20,000 nt of DNA from IMG/VR virus record IMGVR_UViG_3300032322_001263; one strand, written 5' to 3'. Positions 14,850 through 20,000 of this stretch are shown piece by piece. The notes beneath the pieces are model-generated. The model was given only the letters and a program-made list of their open reading frames with translations, was not told where the DNA came from and searched no databases. The position numbers and the translations under genes are program-made. Numbering within the stretch: the stretch's first letter is position 1; each line of letters starts with the position of its first letter. Source of the stretch: an uncultured virus (IMG/VR IMGVR_UViG_3300032322_001263). Taxonomy: Duplodnaviria > Heunggongvirae > Uroviricota > Caudoviricetes.

Positions 14850-15686
14850 TTAAACTAGGTCGTCTGCAAATGTAGCAGATATTTGTGGTAGCTGTCTAGT
14901 AGTGTTGCGTAAGTTATTACCTTGTTGGTTTTTCATTCCAAATCTCTGCCAGTTTTCATAGGTGATAGAAGTCCACCTTTTTTCTCCGCTCTCTGATCTT
15001 TTAATTGCTGTCTCAAGCTGAGACTTTACAGAATCTGTTCCGCCAAGCTTATCTTGCTTTATTTTCAGTAGCTCATGTATTTGACCTTCAAATGCTCGCC
15101 TTGTTTTCTGTCCTCCTTTGTGCTTATTAAAGAACAAGCAAATAAGATCAGATATACTTTGTAGCTCACCTGGGATCGCCTCTGGGCTTGCTCCTTGCCA
15201 CTTGCTCCCCCCTGAAGCCGCAGGCTGGTGGGGGGATATAGGGGGGTTTTTAGAGTTATTAGAGTAATAAGGAGTTAGTGCAAGAACTGCACCCAGGTCG
15301 CCACCCTCGCTCAGTGCAGAATCTGCACCTAGGGACTCCTCCTGGTCGCCCCTTGTTGGTGGCTCAAGGTTCCATATCTTTAATGTATAGACATTGCATG
15401 ATCTCTTGCCATCAACATACTTTGAATGCTTTTCGACTAATTGCTTGTCTTGCAACAGTTGCACTGTATCTATGATTGTTCGCTTTCCAAGTGAAGTTAT
15501 CTTCGCCAGTGTTTCAAGATTTGCTTCCACAGTGGATTCATTTCTCATTCCATCAGCAAAAGCCTGAAGAACAAGAATGAGTAGCATCTCGTTTCTTGAG
15601 ATCCATTCCGGTTCACTGAATTGCCTTTTGAGTATCCATGTAGGAAATCCAACGAATGGATAAAAGCTTTTGAATTCACTGGCCAT
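14850..15686 (-). CDS. Phage replication initiator (N-terminal HTH_36-like winged helix)
   Basis: LETLAKITSLGKRTIIDTVQLL...LV......G....NVY.L wHTH, low-complexity linker with repeats and PPISP; directly upstream of dnaB. Confidence 0.8.
   Translation of the reverse strand: MASEFKSFYPFVGFPTWILKRQFSEPEWISRNEMLLILVLQAFADGMRNESTVEANLETLAKITSLGKRTIIDTVQLLQDKQLVEKHSKYVDGKRSCNVYTLKIWNLEPPTRGDQEESLGADSALSEGGDLGAVLALTPYYSNNSKNPPISPHQPAASGGSKWQGASPEAIPGELQSISDLICLFFNKHKGGQKTRRAFEGQIHELLKIKQDKLGGTDSVKSQLETAIKRSESGEKRWTSITYENWQRFGMKNQQGNNLRNTTRQLPQISATFADDLV
15229..15331. other. Putative replication origin: two palindromic iterons plus an AT-rich stretch inside the initiator gene
   Basis: AGTGCAAGAACTGCACCCA (15277-15295) and AGTGCAGAATCTGCACCTA (15313-15331), next to AT-rich 15247-15271 and G-tracts; same layout as lambdoid origins. 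Confidence 0.6.
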
Positions 15687-15882
15687 CTGATGTGTTTGAG
15701 GTTGGGTTACTTTTTACTTGCTCGATGATCTCCTGACCTATCCTCATCGCCAATGCTTGTTGCTTGCAAATTCTTTTATGACCTGCACTATCACCCCTTG
15801 CAATCATACTAAGCTTTAGCGTTGCAAGAGCGATAATGCTATGTTCTATTTCCAGTGATTTACTTAGTTGCGCCTCGTTCAT
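15676..15882 (-). CDS. Small hypothetical protein
   Basis: Likely start ATG 15882, which minimises overlap with the upstream gene. Confidence 0.55.
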   Translation of the reverse strand: MNEAQLSKSLEIEHSIIALATLKLSMIARGDSAGHKRICKQQALAMRIGQEIIEQVKSNPTSNTSDGQ

Positions 15883-16225
15883 AGTCTTGTGTATCCCCTG
15901 GAGTCCTATTGCTATCTGAATTGGGTCCAAATCTTCTTGTAATATCTCCGATGATTTCATTGATCTCAACGTCAGCGGTTGAAAGGGTTTTCTTCATGTC
16001 ATAGTGAAGCTTGAATTCTCTCTGATCAAGAGAATCTATTTCCCGTTCGATTTTTCCTTGCGCCACTGATCCATCAATCTCAAGCGTCATGTCAATCATT
16101 AACTTGTTGCGTTTCCCTTTTATCTCTTGCACAAGTATTTTGTGCCTGGCTTTTGTGTTGAGAATAACCTCCTTTACCCTTGTAGCTTTGTGCAAGAGTT
16201 CCTGCAACTCGTTGTCGCTTGTCAT
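15860..16225 (-). CDS. Hypothetical coiled-coil protein
   Basis: 121-aa ORF with heptad-like charged composition. Confidence 0.7.
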   Translation of the reverse strand: MTSDNELQELLHKATRVKEVILNTKARHKILVQEIKGKRNKLMIDMTLEIDGSVAQGKIEREIDSLDQREFKLHYDMKKTLSTADVEINEIIGDITRRFGPNSDSNRTPGDTQDYERGATK

Positions 16226-16310
16226 TTTTTGTGTGTGTTGTGACGAGTAGATCCGAGACTGTACTAGCTTTTGTACTATTTAATTGGCTTACCTAATGGG
16301 AAAAAGTTTG

Positions 16311-16538
16311 TCATAAAAGAATAGAGAGCTGCTTTCTATTGTGATCACCGGCAAGCATTTGAATGTTTTTAGTGGAAAGATGAATCTGAGGGAGAAGCCA
16401 AAAGTCGCTATCGGTCATTAAACTTTTGCATTTCCAATGAGGAAAAGAAAGTTCAACTTTCTCGATCAGCTCAAACTGCATGTCACCATGCCAGCGAGCA
16501 TAAACAATGTCGTGTGGGCTGAGTTGTGTTTGTGCCAC
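16311..16538 (-). CDS. Small hypothetical beta-rich protein
   Basis: GTG start preceded by an upstream promoter-like element. Confidence 0.6.
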   Translation of the reverse strand: MAQTQLSPHDIVYARWHGDMQFELIEKVELSFPHWKCKSLMTDSDFWLLPQIHLSTKNIQMLAGDHNRKQLSILL

Positions 16539-16562
16539 GTTTCAGGAGTGTCGTGCGGCATA

Positions 16563-16591
16563 TAAGTAGCACATCGGCTAGGCACTGTCAA
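16563..16591 (-). promoter_or_regulatory. Possible promoter TTGACA-17-(TG.)TACTTA
   Basis: Perfect -35, imperfect -10, intergenic. Confidence 0.5.
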
Positions 16592-16600
16592 GCAACTCGA

Positions 16601-16894
16601 CTAAAAGTCATCCCACTCGCCTTCATTCCGATCATCCTTGTATTCAATTATTCGTTCTGGAAAATCACGCATTTCGTATAATTTTACATTAAGCTTCCAC
16701 ATTGTAGATAGCAGCTCGTTTTGTTTTTTGCGAAGTATTTTAATTGTAGAATCATCTACAGATAGAAAGCTTCCCCCAAGCTTTGATAGAAGATTTTCCC
16801 CCCGCTGCGATGCTTGCTTTATTGATTCATCAAACAGTTCAACCAACTCGCCGATAGACTTCCTCTCGTCTTCCGACGGCCTGATTCCTTGCAT
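16601..16894 (-). CDS. Hypothetical protein with a C-terminal EWDDF tail
   Basis: 97-aa ORF in operon orientation. Confidence 0.7.
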   Translation of the reverse strand: MQGIRPSEDERKSIGELVELFDESIKQASQRGENLLSKLGGSFLSVDDSTIKILRKKQNELLSTMWKLNVKLYEMRDFPERIIEYKDDRNEGEWDDF

Positions 16895-17039
16895 TTGGCT
16901 TTTGCTTGCGAATGTGCAATTCTACAGCATCTGGGTACATGGATTCAACAGCGCTCAAAGCTACCGCTGCGCTCTGGCAGGTCATCTGTCCTGAGACTAC
17001 GGTTTCAGGCAGGGTTGCTATGAACAGAAAGCGGTCCAT
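16839..17039 (-). CDS. Small hypothetical protein (first gene of the leftward block)
   Basis: 66-aa ORF with ATG start. Confidence 0.5.
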   Translation of the reverse strand: MDRFLFIATLPETVVSGQMTCQSAAVALSAVESMYPDAVELHIRKQKPNARNQAVGRREEVYRRVG

Positions 17040-17048
17040 GGTTCCGCC

Positions 17049-17093
17049 GATTTACTAAGGGCTGGCGCCACGGTATCATCTACTTAGTAAATC
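17049..17093. promoter_or_regulatory. 11-bp inverted repeat enclosing a rightward promoter TTTACT-17-TATCAT
   Basis: GATTTACTAAG (17049-17059) / CTTAGTAAATC (17083-17093) at the strand-switch point. Confidence 0.65.
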
Positions 17094-17202
17094 AGCAACA
17101 CCTGTTTTGCCACAGGCGATACACAAACCGTTCAAGCACTTGATTAAGCTTGCGCCAGAGGGTTTCACGCCACGGGCACCACGGCAGAGAAGACACTCTT
17201 CA

Positions 17203-17622
17203 ATGGCCTGGAAGGAACGTGCAATTAGATTGATGAGAATGAAGTTTTACTTTCAAGTAATTAAAGCAAATGCAAAAGTAAAACAAAGGTGGTGGAGTAA
17301 TTATTGCATTAAAAGAATTGGTGTTCCAACTGAAAAAGAGTTTTTATGCCAGGAGACGTTTTATGTTGCAAGTATGTCAACCAAGCAGGATGCTGCAAAA
17401 TTTAAGTCGTATTGGTACTGGTGCAAGAAAAAGTCAATAGATATACTTGCTTGGCTTTTGAGGTTAGATGAAAGTGATTATTCGTGGAAGTTGCATGTTC
17501 ATCTGAGAGAGCTTATAGTGACTCGCAGGCCGATTCTTTCGGAGGTCAAGAGATATGAGGCCAAGACAGCCGAAGAAATTGCATTACAAGTATTCGGAAA
17601 GTGGAAACCTTCTGTTTACTGA
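17203..17622 (+). CDS. Hypothetical basic, Trp-rich protein
   Basis: Likely start ATG 17203 in ORF 17107..17622. Confidence 0.65.
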   Translation: MAWKERAIRLMRMKFYFQVIKANAKVKQRWWSNYCIKRIGVPTEKEFLCQETFYVASMSTKQDAAKFKSYWYWCKKKSIDILAWLLRLDESDYSWKLHVHLRELIVTRRPILSEVKRYEAKTAEEIALQVFGKWKPSVY

Positions 17623-18100
17623 GACGCAAACTAAAAGAAGATTTGCGCTTTGCAAGGAAGCGCTTACAAATAGCAAGAGCTACACATTGCGAATCAAGGA
17701 TATTTATTCAAGCTTATTCAACGCCGAAGAGAACGCTATTCCAGAAGCTGACAAGGTTTATCTATTTACTCAGAGATATTTTGAGCTTAGTGAAATGGCG
17801 TGGGGAGGGAAGTATATTGACTACGAAACATTTACTGCGCCAGAAGGTGCATTCTTTCCTTTTGTTCGCACAAGGTTTAGATCGCATCAACCAATTGACG
17901 AGGGCTGTATATGGATTGGAAATGTTTCCGAGTTTCCATTGATTTACGTCAGCAACAGTATTGCAAAGTGGGTATGTCCGTATTCAAAAGGTGGCTTTGT
18001 TAGGACGGAACCATTTCTTCCAATGGCGGAAGTCAGAAAGATATTACCAAGGCTTATGAATAAAGCAATATACCCTGATCTTGATGTAACAGTTTTCTAG
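17555..18100 (+). CDS. Hypothetical protein
   Basis: 181-aa ORF; no motif recognised. Confidence 0.65.
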   Translation: MRPRQPKKLHYKYSESGNLLFTETQTKRRFALCKEALTNSKSYTLRIKDIYSSLFNAEENAIPEADKVYLFTQRYFELSEMAWGGKYIDYETFTAPEGAFFPFVRTRFRSHQPIDEGCIWIGNVSEFPLIYVSNSIAKWVCPYSKGGFVRTEPFLPMAEVRKILPRLMNKAIYPDLDVTVF

Positions 18101-18115
18101 GTTTTGTAGTTTCAC

Positions 18116-18144
18116 TTGACATACCATTGCTAAGCTGCTATAAT
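18116..18144 (+). promoter_or_regulatory. Consensus sigma-70 promoter TTGACA-17-(TG.)TATAAT
   Basis: Exact consensus hexamers, 17-bp spacer, intergenic. Confidence 0.92.
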
Positions 18145-18166
18145 AAACGAGTCTTCACCAGACTGT

Positions 18167-18598
18167 ATGCAACTAACCTCGCAACAAAAAACATGCAAGA
18201 TAGTTTCTTGCGTGCAAACACTTCACGAATGGATGTGCTTTGAAAGTGAAAACATTGTTAAGCACAACTGGACCGATGTTGCGGTCCATGATCGCAAGAT
18301 CATAGATGAAATGCAACCAGGAGACACCAGGCTCTGGGTTATCTGGGAGCTTGGAAGCTTGTTTTTGCCTATGTATTGCAAGCTAAGTGAAAAGCCTCAA
18401 CTGAAGAAAAACTACAAGCTTACTTCAGTCGAGATTCACATGCTACGTTGTTTAAGGGAGGATCAATTTGCAACAACCCAATGTAAGTATTACTTCATTA
18501 CTAAGGGCGCTAACGATTGCGATTCTCTTATTTGCCCAACTACTTTTCATTCTGTCGTGGATCTTGTGTTCTGCGGCAAAACAACTATGTTTACCTGA
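18167..18598 (+). CDS. Hypothetical (probable early) protein
   Basis: 143-aa ORF directly behind the consensus promoter. Confidence 0.7.
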   Translation: MQLTSQQKTCKIVSCVQTLHEWMCFESENIVKHNWTDVAVHDRKIIDEMQPGDTRLWVIWELGSLFLPMYCKLSEKPQLKKNYKLTSVEIHMLRCLREDQFATTQCKYYFITKGANDCDSLICPTTFHSVVDLVFCGKTTMFT

Positions 18599-18616
18599 GT
18601 CACACTTACTAATCAA

Positions 18617-18922
18617 ATGAAAATCCAAAGCGAGTTTTACCTTGAAGAACTGCTCTGCATTATGCGGGGGATTAATCTTCAGATTGAGGAGAACGGAAGG
18701 GGCGTTGTCCGCGCAAACAGAATGCACACAATTCTTTCATTCCTGACACCATGGAACAAACGTCGGCTTGACGAAAATCTGTTTAATCTTGCAATGGAAT
18801 CCATTAGACTTACCGGCGTACTAAGTAATACGCAAGCTAAGATTATGGAAAGTCAGGGGCGAGACGAATATGGTAACTTTGTTTCCTTAGACGAGATGAT
18901 GAGTGAAGAGGAGGAAGATTGA
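18617..18922 (+). CDS. Hypothetical protein with an acidic tail
   Basis: 101-aa ORF ending SEEEED. Confidence 0.7.
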   Translation: MKIQSEFYLEELLCIMRGINLQIEENGRGVVRANRMHTILSFLTPWNKRRLDENLFNLAMESIRLTGVLSNTQAKIMESQGRDEYGNFVSLDEMMSEEEED

Positions 18923-18923
18923 C

Positions 18924-18952
18924 TTGACATACCACTAAGAGTGGTGTATAAT
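18924..18952 (+). promoter_or_regulatory. Consensus sigma-70 promoter TTGACA-17-TATAAT
   Basis: Exact hexamers, 17-bp spacer, intergenic. Confidence 0.92.
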
Positions 18953-19001
18953 TAAATCACGCCAGCAAAGACTGGCTTTTGCAAATTCACAACTTTCTCA
19001 C

Positions 19002-19340
19002 ATGACACAAACAATTGGAGCTACAGATTCATTTTTGACTGGCGACGAACTTAGGCATTTCGTAATTTTTCTTGAAAATTGCGATGGCAATGAATGGAAC
19101 AGGTTACGGCATGATCTCAGCATTCTTCACAAAGAAAGAACCTGCGATGCCGATTACCTTTCTAAGGCAACATTTAGGACTACACAGTTTGTTCAGACAT
19201 GGATGAGCAGGTATTGGGCAAGTTACGCTAACGATAAGGTTGGCTTCTATCGTTATCAGACAAGCTTTATCGCAGCCGCTGCGGTGCAAATTGCTTACGG
19301 CGAGATCGAAGAGTTTAAACTTGGTAACTACACGCTATGA
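19002..19340 (+). CDS. Hypothetical (probable early) protein
   Basis: 112-aa ORF, ATGA-coupled to the next gene. Confidence 0.7.
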   Translation: MTQTIGATDSFLTGDELRHFVIFLENCDGNEWNRLRHDLSILHKERTCDADYLSKATFRTTQFVQTWMSRYWASYANDKVGFYRYQTSFIAAAAVQIAYGEIEEFKLGNYTL

Positions 19341-19729
19341 ATTACTCAGCATCACTCCAGCAACTTGCAAAAACTTTGCTTTGGTGTTCTACTTGGGACG
19401 ATGAAAACCTTGACAAAGATTACTCAATCAATCAAATTGATTCAGCTTGCTTATTTAAGCTTGAATCAGAGTTCCAGGAGTTTGTCGCGGCTAGTATTAT
19501 TGCAGTCAAAGATAAGCGTGGTTACTGCGCCGATCTCTCAAGATACTTTCTTGGCATGAGTGATCGTTTCCAATTGGAACATGATTACATCCTCACCAGG
19601 AATCATCATGGCGCCGGTTTCTGGGATGGAGACTGGTATAAACCTGTTGGTGAAATTCTCACCACAGTTGCTGGCTTGCATCCAGAAATTGAAGCTTATG
19701 TTGGCGACGACAACCTTATTTACTTCTGA
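19337..19729 (+). CDS. Conserved phage hypothetical protein (HD..LTRN.HGAGFWD motif)
   Basis: Motif recalled from uncharacterised phage early proteins. Confidence 0.75.
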   Translation: MNYSASLQQLAKTLLWCSTWDDENLDKDYSINQIDSACLFKLESEFQEFVAASIIAVKDKRGYCADLSRYFLGMSDRFQLEHDYILTRNHHGAGFWDGDWYKPVGEILTTVAGLHPEIEAYVGDDNLIYF

Positions 19730-19747
19730 CACCATCGCAGGTAAAAC

Positions 19748-19948
19748 ATGTTAAACGATTCTGAGTTTTTTGTGACTGTTTGTGCGACAGAAATCTACGG
19801 GGGATCTTTCTACCGAGCCCTCGGCGTTGCTCTTCGCCACGCAGATCGGAAAAATCGTGAAAGAATTATGGCTGCTTTCCCAGAGATTGTCCAGAGCTAT
19901 GGCCCAGGTACTTCCCTTTACATACAAACGGAGATCATCAATGCCTAA
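19748..19948 (+). CDS. Conserved small phage hypothetical protein (GGSF..AL..A...AD..N......AFPE motif)
   Basis: Motif recalled from uncharacterised phage proteins. Confidence 0.7.
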   Translation: MLNDSEFFVTVCATEIYGGSFYRALGVALRHADRKNRERIMAAFPEIVQSYGPGTSLYIQTEIINA

Positions 19949-20000
19949 GAGTGTTTTCAATTATGAGATCGAATCTACTCTCGCTCGGGGGGAAGGCGAA

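Noticed and set aside
14829..16242. Similar A/C-rich leaders (ACAAC..CACACAAAA..ATG) before dnaB and the 16225 gene
   Set aside because: Consistent with ordinary unstructured, SD-less translation initiation regions; too low in complexity to call a motif
17601..17942. 113-aa alternative-frame ORF
   Set aside because: Nested entirely within the longer 17555..18100 ORF, which better fills the space up to the next promoter; not independently supported

Overview
A 20-kb segment of a dsDNA tailed phage or prophage, most likely infecting a cyanobacterium: it encodes a cyanobacterial-type AbrB-like regulator and a group-2-like sigma-70 factor. Left end (1-1320): a C39-like cysteine peptidase and small ORFs. 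A long leftward block (about 17040 down to 1260) carries a replication module (HTH initiator with iteron-like repeats, DnaB helicase, stand-alone primase-type Zn-finger protein), a recombination module (ERF-family annealing protein, PD-(D/E)XK exonuclease, SSB, RuvC-like resolvase), transcription genes (cyAbrB, sigma-70, an RNAP alpha-CTD-like protein, an NrdR-like Zn ribbon), nucleotide metabolism genes (MazG/DR2231-like NTP-PPase, dCTP deaminase) and a visibly GC-rich island (about 3140-5570) of mosaic genes built from repeated DNA modules. Right end (17100-20000): rightward small, probably early, genes, most behind two perfect TTGACA-17-TATAAT promoters. The most notable observations are the constant-flank/variable-core cassette island, the transcription-takeover set with altered DNA-contact residues, an orphan copy of the initiator iteron in an apparently non-coding region downstream of ssb, and two unrelated proteins ending in an identically encoded WDDF tail that brackets the replication module. 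All family calls come from motif recognition by eye; no database search was run.
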